DNA of 64,000 bases, taken from NCBI GenBank assembly GCA_964035545.1, contig OZ037766.1, forward strand, positions 11,770,722-11,834,721, written 5' to 3'. Below are positions 40,201 to 51,768 of this stretch, piece by piece. The notes beneath the pieces are model-generated. The model was not told the origin of the DNA, did not search any database, and saw nothing but the letters and a program-made list of their open reading frames with translations. The DNA comes from Bugula neritina. Its lineage: Eukaryota > Animalia > Bryozoa. The translations under genes were made by a program, and so were the position numbers. Each line of letters starts with the position of its first letter. The stretch's first letter is position 1.

Positions 40201-41522
40201 TTTCCCCATGTACCATTGCATACATGTTTACTAGCTTATATTAGCATTTCCAACTACTTGTCCCACAGCTTACGTGAAGTGAAGCGAGGATACTGCTAAG
40301 TATCACACCAGCAAACGGCAAAATATATGTGAAGCAGCACATTATACCTGAGCTCCAACCTGCTATACCCTTCTTGAAGACTGAAGAAATCATATGACTA
40401 CAGGCTTACAGAAAAACCTACCAAATAAGAGTCCAACAGTTCTCTGCAAAGTTCTGTGGACAAGAGTAGGGTAGATCAAGACATAAACTTACCTACAAAC
40501 ATCAGTGACATGGTGAAGAAACTGTTTCCAGGAGCTCTAAGCACGCCCATCACAATACCTATGAGGACACAAATGACACCGAGGGAGGCAAAGAAGACTA
40601 GAACTTTCTTGAATTGAAGACAGCCTGCCAGGCAGATCTTGCAGCTGAGAATGCTACAGCAAGGAGGGCTAATGTATCTCTCATCCTGGTGAGAGGTGTT
40701 GGAGTTGTGATGTCTACGTCTTCGGTGTCGTGACCTTCTCCTTCGACGTCTGCTGCGTCGCTGACTCCTCCTTCTTTCTCTCCGAGCAGTCGGGTAGAAG
40801 TTGGGTTGAGGCAGATGATCAGTGTTAACAGCAGTGGACACACGGTCATCAGTCATGTGACAGTCATGTGACCTGTCCTGATGGTAATACGGCACGTGAG
40901 ACTCTGCTGACTCTAGAGGATGACCAGACACCGTGTTGAGAGTTCTTGGAAGTTCTTCCACAGCGTAACCTGACACAGCATCTGGGACTGAATGGTAGAA
41001 GGATGAGTCATGGTAATCAGATGCAACTATGTTATTCTGGTGGTCAACATGAGGGTCAGCCCTCCCTGCAATGTCAGTGTTCCTTTGATGACCCTGAAGG
41101 CCTTCTTCCCGCGTGTTGGGAATAGCTGGCACACTGCCAGAAATATCTGGAAGGGATACTGGGTGTCCTGTGTAGCTCAAAGTGGGTAAAGAGGTAAACT
41201 CATTGAACTGTGAGTGATTCTGGCGGGTGTGTGGAGGTCTGTAGTCAGAATAGGGGAGGTTGGACTGAACTGTAGGCAAGCTGTCGCACACAGGTCTAGC
41301 TGATACAGACAACTGGAGGGTATTGCTACTACGAAGAGCTCTCCCTGTGGTAGCAGGCAGAGATAGTGGCACATACTGAGGGTTACAGTGATCAGGCGGA
41401 GCGAGGTTCTCATGCGACCCAGACCGTCTTCTTACTCTACCAGGTTGTTGAACAGACATGTCTCTGTGGTGTGCGCCACCAGTTGGGTGTCTCCGGCTCC
41501 TTTCCCTGGTGTCTCTAGCCAT
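37279..41522 (-). CDS. Uncharacterised two-pass transmembrane protein with three PPxY motifs (588 aa)
   Basis: Three coding exons 41522-40493, 38872-38720 and 37862-37279 (1767 nt, phases 1/1, GT-AG). An in-frame TGA immediately precedes the ATG. Contains an Arg-rich tract, a Cys cluster (CCSILSCKICLAGC), two hydrophobic helices, then PPPSY, PPPSY and NPPTY. Confidence 0.85.
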
Positions 41523-42496
41523 TCAATGCAGCTCAGTACCAGAGCAACTCCTATAAGAACAAAGTTGCAACATTTCAAAAAAACTCAAAATAAAACCTGC
41601 AGTTTGCTACTAAATAATATAAGCATTACAATAAAATGCAAGTGTAATAAATCAATGCTATACCAGGGTCAATGAAGTTGTTTTGATCAAATAACTAGTC
41701 AAAGTTCATTTAGCCAGATTTCTAACTTTTGGTTTGAGGGCTTATAGGGTGGGTGTTTACTCTGCTTTAAGGACAGTTAACATTATTAGTTATCAACAGC
41801 TTAGAACTGGGGATAGACAAAAATTTGAAGTTACACTTATCTCTTATTTTTACATAATATGTATTCTACTACAGGCCCCCATACATGTAGTGAGTTGATG
41901 GTGTAGATATAGTATGACACAAGTATGCATGTGTTTATAGTTCATTTACCTTTTATATGCACATTATAAACCTGTACAATTATGTAGGGGCAAGACAAAG
42001 ACCCTAATTAGCAAAGTACAAGGACTTTTAATTAGTTAAATCATTGTTATTCACATGGAAATGATAGCAAAATATCTGGTTGGTGTTGAAACTATTATAC
42101 AGTAAATATGAGCTGATGCTAGCTAAGCATAGCTGACAAAGCTATGCACTGAGCACGCAATATTAGCATCTAGCTGTAACTTAAACCACTGATCCTTTAG
42201 TAACATAGTTACCAACAGAAACATGATTTTTCTTGGTATTCTTAATGGCAGAAGGTGAATGCATTTGCATACAGAAATCCATCAACTTAATCCAGTCAAA
42301 ACAAACACAGACAGACTAGAAATGCTTACATTAAGACTAAACATTTCAACAGCTTAATTTCTTTTAATTATCATTTACTAAAAGTTTTAGATCTCTCAGC
42401 TGTTTAACATCAAGAGCTTGGTCTTTTACTGCTGCTTTGAATACAACCACCCTACCTTCTGTTTATTTTAAGCTGGAAGGTGATTCATTTCTCTAA

Positions 42497-42622
42497 CAAC
42501 TTGCCCAGAAAACTAACCCAGAAAACTTACCCAGCTAACTTACCCAGTTAACTTATTTACTTAAGTTACCTAGCTCACTTACCTAGCTACCTTACAAAGT
42601 TAACTTACCCGGTCAACTTACT
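42497..42622. repeat. Degenerate 13-nt tandem repeat (AACTTACCCAGNT)
   Basis: About 9 decayed copies. Confidence 0.75.
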
Positions 42623-45322
42623 ACAGGAAAAAAGTAATTGATAAAATAATTTTGCAACCAGCAACATAATTGCACAGAATACAGAGCAAATAATTGTAAG
42701 AAGAAAAATAAACAGTATAACTTGATAAGAAGCCAGCCGGAAAAGTTTAGTGCAAATCTATGTGACCTGAGAAACTGGTAGCCATGAGTTTATCTTCACC
42801 TAATGTCGCAAAGTATAACATTCAGCTTAAACCAAGATTAATTGCTATAAGCAAAGAGTTAACACTTTGAAGATATTCTCATCATTTATTATACAGACAG
42901 ACTGCTATAGCTAATAAGCGTGTTTGATTATAGTTGTAGTTTACTTATAACATGGGCTAGACTACATGCCAGGTACAAAGGCTACATATTATTCGGTCTA
43001 ATTGAATGCCATCACATCTTCTGCTTGTTTTAAAGCAATCAATAGTATCAACTTTATCATATGTTCTGAGGACACTCCACTTCTAGGAAATGCAACGTAA
43101 GCTTTTCAAGGCTTTGACAAGACTGATATTTAATGTTACAACTGAACACCCTACAGCAGTTGATGAAGTTGATACTAACTAGTAACATTCTAGAATCATC
43201 TACTTGTCAACATCATAGGCTAATCAGACTGACAATACAGACTGGGGGAAAGCTGAAAGACAAGTTATACGTCTGAACTCTTAAGTTTAAACAGTTGCCT
43301 GAACAGCCAAGTTTTCCTGATGTTCAGATACAGCCCGTATTATTAGCAAACATTGTACAGTACAATGCCATCTAGCCTCTGTGGCATGTGGTACTAAGTA
43401 CTGGGTGATACAGTAGCAAACACAATGCAAGGGGTCATTTCCCTTTGGTATACAACCAGCATCTTGTTTATTGGGTAATCAATAAGAATAGCTTCCATTT
43501 TCTAGCTTGCACAACAAGCGTATGTTCTGCAATGCCTACAATCTACATCAGTGTAATTAATATACACAATATCATTATATAACAATGAAACCCTATTTCA
43601 TCATAATGTACACGAGTTGTAAGGTCTTAAAATGTGGCTGAATTTTCATAAGTTGCATTCTGCACAACAATCATATTAATGCAAAAATTGTGATACTTTT
43701 GAATCTAAATTTACTGTTTTGAAGATCCCACCTAATTTTTCTTACTTTTTTGCAAACATTTCTTCCACTAAACAAGCTAAAGATTACCAGCACTAATGAT
43801 CTAGTAACACATGGTACTAGCATGATCTTACGCTAAGTCAATAGAGGTGGGTTTTGGCAAATTACTCTGCAAACATTGATGTAGCAGTCAAAAGCTGAAA
43901 AGTTGGAGGCTATAACTATTACAGCATAGAAATCATAAGCATAGCATAACCACTATTGTAATTCTAAAATTAGTATAAAGAAGTGCAATGCAAGTGCATT
44001 GATCTGGATGGTAAGGTTTGGCTAGAAATATACTGCAGTTATTACGTAATTATTTTCTAAAAATAATAATAAAGTACCTACACAACTGCTGAAGTAGATG
44101 GGCATTGATTTGTTCAAGAGAAAATACTTACAGCATCAACTTATAACTTATAGTATAATAGCATACATAACTAGTATAATAGTTAAGTTTTCATGTAGCA
44201 ATCAATCTCTACTCTGAGGAATGTTGCCCAATTAGTTGAAAGAAATGAACACTTGCCAAGTGGTAGAATTTGGTGCGTAGAACTGCTTACTCACTATCAG
44301 TGACTTGCAGTTAGTTACTTACTATTAGTTACTTATACTATCAGCAATTTATTATTAGTGACTTATTATCAGAGGCTTACTAATATAAAGTAGGATTATT
44401 GCTCATGGCTGAGTTTTGCAAGAATTTAAAAATAACATGTTAGCATCAGTCCTTCCCAAGCATTGATAGCAGAAATGTTATGAAAGCGTGAAATTTAGGA
44501 AATGCAGTTGATGCCATGCGCACACTAATGCCATAATTTCTCTATCTAGCATTTTTATAAATAGTATGCTAAGTTATACTGCCTTAGATGGACTCAAAAC
44601 TAAGCAAGCCATCCCCAAACCAAGACTTCACAGGCAGTCCTGGGAAGTATATGTCAGTTTACCATAATAATTATGCACAGTAAATGAAGACATACAGTGC
44701 TAACCTGTAACTAAATACTTGGTTAGTCCAAGTACCTACTAGCTAATATAAGTATCTAAGTAAGTTTAACAGTACTCATAGTATAGTAGTCTTAAATACT
44801 ACAAACCGAGTAAAACTCTGAAATTCTCGCTTAGTTGAAGTTCATATCCAAAACCATCTTTAAAATTGGTTAACAATTGTAGTGTTATTGCTACTTTCCA
44901 ACATTAGAGTTCCCATAAAACTAACCCTCTGTTAACACACAGGATACAGTCCTATAAATCAAAAACTGAGAGTCCAGCCTTACCTTTTCATAAAGTGCAT
45001 GCCATTCAAACAACTATCACTAGATATCAGAGTGCTTTATTTTCTCCTACTTGAGTAATATTGTGGCAGAATATTTGTAATGTATTTCACTTTCAGCTGA
45101 CCAGTATAAGTATATTCAGGCAAGGAGTGCGCCTCTAGTGCTGCCAGCACAACGTCTGCTGCAGTTAAATCCCCCCAGCACGCGGCTAGTAAAAGCAGTA
45201 CTACTGTCCCTGCAGTACGACCATTACTGCGCCTTGCTGGTTTACACGTATTGGAGTGCACGCTATACTTGTGCAATAACAATAATATGGAAGTAACTAA
45301 TCATGTCTGCGGTGGATATCAA

Positions 45323-45332
45323 GTCACGTGAC
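45323..45332. promoter_or_regulatory. Perfect palindromic E-box (CLEAR/USF-type GTCACGTGAC)
   Basis: Exact 10-mer next to a GC/CpG-richer patch (about 45120-45300) and upstream, on the minus strand, of a gtaagg donor at 44983. Confidence 0.35.
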
Positions 45333-48300
45333 CTACTAGCCGTCAATATCAATAATACATCTGAAACCAGCAAAGGTTATCGTCAACATGAGAAAACTGA
45401 TGAGCTAGCATTACGAGGCTAAAGTGTAAATATTTCACTCTTAATACCGATTTCTTGGTAAACTATGAGTGTATGAATACAGCGTAATGGTCCACTAAAT
45501 CTGACGAGTAATATTTATACTAGTCTGTCTGTCTTTGTACTCCATGATAAATAGTATGATTGTGCCAGCATTGCACATAACAGAGAGTTGTATAAATATA
45601 TTATTTTACTGTGAAAATATATTTCAAAGAAGCACTAGTTAGTGCAAGTTAAAAGAATACTAAGCTTAAAGTTAGGAATAAATTTGCAAGATTCAAGACA
45701 GCCTCAGCCTAAAACTTTATAAGGTAATAACTTTTTCAGACATATTAAAATCAATTCCTAGGTCAACAGGGTTTAAGAGAATTCATAAAACTGAAATTGT
45801 ATGTCATCAGATGAATGCTAGCTAACTGTGCGCAGCTTCCAAGGGTTGATAACAATTTATGCTTATCAGCTTTATGGTGGCAATAAAGCTGTTGAGAACT
45901 TTTAGAACAGCTTTCTAAGGAGGCAGGTTTATATATTATAATCTCATTTTTGAAACAAAATCCAAACATAAAAACACTTGGCTTCTATGCACCTGCTACA
46001 ACTAACAATTGCTTTATTGTAGGTAGATGCGAGCTCACATTAATTACATAGTTTTTTTACCTACACAGTCATCAGTGAAATTAATGCTTAAACAGAGTCA
46101 CCTCTCTTGCTCTGTACACCACACGCAGTGCCTGCATTTGCATTATGCTTACCAAACGTGCCTTTGAAGTATAATATGCAGTGCATACTTCTACTTTTTG
46201 AATTTGTATTTTAAGTCCATATATATTCCTTATCTTATCATTCACAGCAATGCTTCAAAAATTCATATATCGGACACTATGTGCTCACTAGAGATAAATC
46301 TTTTTAAGTGGATTCATGCGTGAGTGTTTTTGTTTTGCAACAAAATAGGTTTTACAGCTTTATTTGAGAGAAACATGACATGTGATGCAGCAGTAGGAAG
46401 ATCTGATTAACCCAAACCCTTTATTGTTCCACATATATGAAGCATCGGAGATATTTAAAGAAGGTTCTTTATTTTCATGAGAATATAACTTCTTCAGCAG
46501 AACTTTTTGAAAAAAAAACGGAAAGTTTTTAGAGCATAGAAAGGTGAAAATGCCTCCAGCAAAACTATACTATCGTTATAGTATTAGCAACATCCATGAA
46601 CTAGACTACAAATATTCTAGCAAGCCAATAGCATAACTTGAATAGTTTGATTTTGAAATTTCAGAGTATTAAAAAAGATGTCCATGAAATAGCAGCTACA
46701 CGATTGTTACTGAGTATAGCTATTTTATTATTTAGGTCTAACTAGTCAGTAAAAAATATGTAGAATGAACTTTGAATTTATAAGGAATCAAACAATAAGA
46801 AAAATTTGCCATAATACTTACCCCAATTCATGGGTCAGAAAGAAAGATGGAAAGTCAACTTGCAGCACTCTTGTTTCCAACATTGACAGGTCACCTGGGT
46901 GAGCACATATGAAACAATATAACAGTAATAGGTGTTACTGACCATAATCCATACAACAGAAACAGCAATCCGGTATTCATCGCAAGAGAAAAAAATTCAT
47001 AATTCCTTCTTCACACTTGGTTTTTATTTGTTTGGTTGTCGGTTTTTGAACTGAAACTGTTTGGTATTAAATTATTTTTGTAGAATTTAATGCAAATAAA
47101 AGAGAAAGTAAAAATTAGCATTAAATTTACCAAATGATTTCAAACAGTAAAGGCAAAGTAAAATATCTTATAAATTATCAGCGCGTCAGATTAGAATAGC
47201 TACAGTTGATGTCAATTTGAGTAGTTCATCAATAACTAGAATAAGAAAAACTGAAATTAAATAGCATTAATCAAATTATTTTATAAATCTATATAATAAA
47301 TTTACATACTTGAAATTGTCATATAAATATAATGCAACTATTTATTTGTAGCAACATTTCAATATAAAGTTCATCAATACTAATGAATAATTATCATTAA
47401 ATGAAAATTAAATGACCACACCATAATCAAATAAATATTAAATTAATTTTATTGACGTTTATGTAAAATTGAAGTAAAATAGCTACAGTGGTAGAATCTT
47501 TTCCCATATAAGCCAAAAGGAGGCTTTTGAAGGTCTTATGCCTCCTCCAGGCACTTTTTATATTATTAAAAAGCTTAAGATATGCTGAATACTCTCTATA
47601 TAAAGATGGGCAGCCAGAAAAATAACTTCCAAATTAAAAGCTGCCATTTAAAACATTACACAAGGTTGAATGTTATTGAAGTAGCACAACCTATTTACAA
47701 AATAGTTGAACTTTCTTGTTGACACACTATTGCAAAAGACGTTTTTGTTGATAGTTGCAGAAGAATGGGTGATGATAGATCAACTGATGCACACAGAAGT
47801 AGTATTACTGAATGATAACAAACAGATTGTCAATATATTATGAAGGTCAGGATATGATATTAACATGACCTTTTACTAGCCTGACTTCTACGTTTGAGTA
47901 AGTGTACCTAAAGGTTCACTGCAGACTTCAGAAATGCCTTTTATATCTTTAAAATACAGAAAATTTGCCTTACTTCACAGTTTTCCATTAAGTGATTAAT
48001 GGTTTAGATTCAACTGCATTTTCCAGTATTGTAAGGCACTTTTAGCAACAGCTTTTATTTCAAGTTATTTTCCTTATCGAAGAAAACTGTGCCTGGCCTA
48101 TTCCATGAGGTGCTTGTGATGACCACTAAATGAGTATTTGCTTTGTGTAAGAACTGTATTACACAGTGAGTTGCATTTCAGTAAATTTAAAGCTTTATTA
48201 TATTGTACAATGAGTTTGTCAGCACTGCTGTGAGTTATCATTATACAACTTATTGTTGAATGTTTACTTAAATGAAAGACAAACAGTGCTACAAAGAAGT

Positions 48301-48925
48301 ACCAATACTCCTTCTTGGTAGTATAGGGCACCTATAGTTTGTATTTAGTGAACATTCAATCCAGCTTACAAATCCACAATTGAAGCTTGTTCTGTTGAAA
48401 GCAACCAATTATTTGCTAAAATTCCAACAAATTGAGAAATTATTTTATAGTATTTTGTTTACATACTACTAAGCCTAAAGGCCTACCATTACAATTAATA
48501 TAAAGAATTTTTAAAGTAGCACAAGAGTGCCAAGTAGCTATATGAGCTAGTTGAAAATATGGTGTCAATAATATATAGAAATGACAACTAGTAAGAACAA
48601 ACCTTATTCAGTAAGCACTGCATAACAAATTAATAGCCAACCTAAGAATGTGGTAATTCCTCTACTTGAAAAATACAAATACGTTTATTAAATGAATAAA
48701 TTTCCAGTTAGGAGTGAAATCTTGAAATTAGCTAGACTGATTTCCATGATTTCTTAATATTAGCAAGTTTTTAACTTCAACATTATAATACTGAAGACTT
48801 ATATAACAGGTTTTTCAAGTCTAATAACTATTTGACCTGACATTTGTTATTAGAATTACAAAAGCAGAAAAAGGTGCACAATTAAAATTTTCACTCACAA
48901 AGCTAAAGTTTTAGTGCACACTCAC

Positions 48926-48991
48926 GTTGATATAGTCGAAGTCAGTTGTCTGCATGAAATAAACCAAAACTAGAACTGCATGCTTGCATCT
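48926..48991 (-). other. Candidate non-coding 5' UTR exon of the TM/PPxY gene
   Basis: Minus-strand acceptor ttttatttgcag and donor gtgagt flank 66 nt. Further minus-strand donors at 46821 (gtaagt), 44983 (gtaagg) and 50315 (gtaact); acceptor of the first coding exon at 41551. Confidence 0.4.
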
Positions 48992-50199
48992 CTGCAAATA
49001 AAATTTAAAAAAACAGAATGCTAGTGTTTGCCTAGTTGCCAATTAATCATTGTTACAGGAGCTTTTTGTTATATCTTTAGGCAAAATATTGTTTGATAAA
49101 AGCTTTTTGTGAAAGCTTTTGCAATAGCTTTTTACTGGTAGCTTTTGTTTGATGAGTCAGTACAGCTCAAGAACTGAAAGGGGACAGTTTGCTTTTGTTA
49201 AAGTGCAGGCAACTTAGACTGTATTGCCCAAATAATTGTTAAAGTTTTGTGACAAATATAAACTATTGGCATTAGGCAAAAGGTTGAGTTGTGTCCTGAA
49301 TCTGTGCAACCAGCATTCAGCATCCATGCTGACACAATCATTAACACATTTGTTGATTGATGAATCTTGGAAACCGCTAACAAGGTAATTGGTTACTTAA
49401 GAATTATAAATCATAATATACATTGCTCAAATATCAGCAAACGTATATTTCATTCTAAATTATTTATGAGTAAATTACAAAACATAACAATACAAATCAA
49501 ACTGTATAATCACTATAAGTATAAAAGATTTATATTCAATAACAATTAATACAGTCAGACTCAGTGTATAGCCATTATCATTTATGTCGAGGCTAATACT
49601 AATACTAATAGTAATAGTAATGTAGTAGTAATGACTAATTAGTAATTATCATCATCATTATGTATTACTCTATTACACTTACAATATTATTACTATTACT
49701 ATTAGTATTAGTATTACTACTAGTATTGGTATATTAAATTTAATATATTTTGATCCATAATAATAATTGTAACACTAGGACTAGCAGTAACACTAACAGT
49801 AAAATTAAGACTTAGAGTTAGAGTATTAGTAAAATACAGTGAAAGTAGTTACAACTACTAGGTCTAGTTAGTAATTGACAAATCATATCGGTAACCGCAT
49901 CACTCATCATCTTAACGATAATCTTACCACTTAGACTTGGAGTTACACTTAGACTTACACTTAGTCTTACAGTTACAGTTACTGTTTGAGTGTTACTGCT
50001 AGTCTTGAGGTTAATGATTACTAGTAGTAGTACTTCTATAACTATGTCTTATCAGCATAATTATAACAATAATATGTAATCATAATGATAATGACTATTG
50101 CTACTAGTAATAGAGTATTAGTAACTTATTTAGTATAGATCAGTATATAAATTAGAATAAATATAAATTCAGTGTAAATCAGATTTCACATAAACATAG

Positions 50200-50570
50200 A
50201 TTTCGAAAATCGCTTCAACTAGCACCGAGTTAGTGGTCACAGAGTGCATCGATTCGGGGTCTCAAGTTATTTCTATTTTATTGGTTTGGAGTTTAAACAT
50301 AGTGTACTCAGTTACCCCAAAATTGGTGCTGCTTCTGGCGAAATTCTTGAATTCCAATACATTGTTAGCAGCTAAACTTAAGCTATATTAACACGTGCGT
50401 TTGTGTTACCACCCGTCATAAAACGAAAACCTGGGCGTTTCCTTTTCTGCTGACGTTTCAAGTAGTTTTATTTCTCTTATTTTACTTTAAGTTGACACAT
50501 TTGATTAAAATTTAGACCACCAGACTAAGACTTTATTAGATTTGGTGGCTTGAAGTTGATCTGCTGTAAG
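50200..50570. promoter_or_regulatory. Putative bidirectional promoter / first exons (TM-PPxY gene and PDE12)
   Basis: Locally CpG-richer patch (CACGTG, TGACGT) with divergent splice donors: minus gtaact at 50315 and plus gtaagt at 50566. Flanked by low-complexity DNA on both sides. Confidence 0.45.
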
Positions 50571-51768
50571 TGTAAAGCTAAAAATTCAATCCAGCTTTAA
50601 TGAAATTAGTATTAATAATTAAGTTTAGCGTGGCTATTTCAATATCAATATGTCATAAGTTAGTAAGTGTAACTGTAAGCTGTGAGACTCAGACTGAGTG
50701 TCAGTGTAACTAATGATAATACTTAATACTTAATAGTAATACTAATAGTAATACTAATAGTAATAGTATTACTATTAGACATTAGTAATACTAATAGTAA
50801 TAGTTAAAATAAATTAAAATACAAATAACTTTGTCATATTTGCCTTTATCATGGGTGATACTTATACTGATATCCATACTCATACTCACAGTGACTCATC
50901 TCTATTATGATTATCATTATGGTTATCTAATAATAGGTAAAAGTAAATACTCATCACTCATCACTGTAAGTGTAATTGACAATTCGTCAGATTATATGAA
51001 TGATGATCATGTTTACTATCGAGATTGGGAGTCTTCGATTTCCATTTACTTTTAGGAGCAGTAGGCTAGTGGAAAAATTGAGCTTGCCTTAGTTTTTTAA
51101 TTTTATTATTAAAGAACTTAATCTCAATTTTTCCATTACTGCTATGTATGGTGTATAACTAATTATACTTATGTTATCATTAGTTAAAATATATTTGAAT
51201 GGATGGTCATAATCAGGATAATAGTCACAGATACAGTTATATTTATAATTATAATGATGTTGATAAATGAGTATGAATATGATATAAATACAAATAGTTG
51301 TAGATTAGCTCTAGCTTTGTTTCATGAGCCTGGTTTTTGCTATAGAAAATGAATTTTCAGAAACATACAATAGCTGAATGAGTATGCTAACAGTTATCGT
51401 AATCACAACATTTTTACTACTATATGTGGCAGTCATTAATATTTGTATTCAATCTCATTGGCAACTCATAAGCTCCAGGATAATATACAAAACTAACTGT
51501 TAAATTTTTGCTATCTAAATGATGAAAAATCTTTGAATAAGCCTAGTCAAATCATGTGCTCAAAAAAAGTTTTTTTTAGTCAGTGGTCAATGATGCATTA
51601 GGGTTATTCAATTGTAATTATGCAATTTTATAGTTTAGGACGGTTAATTATGAAAAAGACGCACACACTTGGTTATATATGATATATGCAATTATGGGGT
51701 AAATTATTTTGTTTTAGAGTTATGAAATGCAAAAAGCAATAATAAATATAAAATGACTGCTGGTGAAA

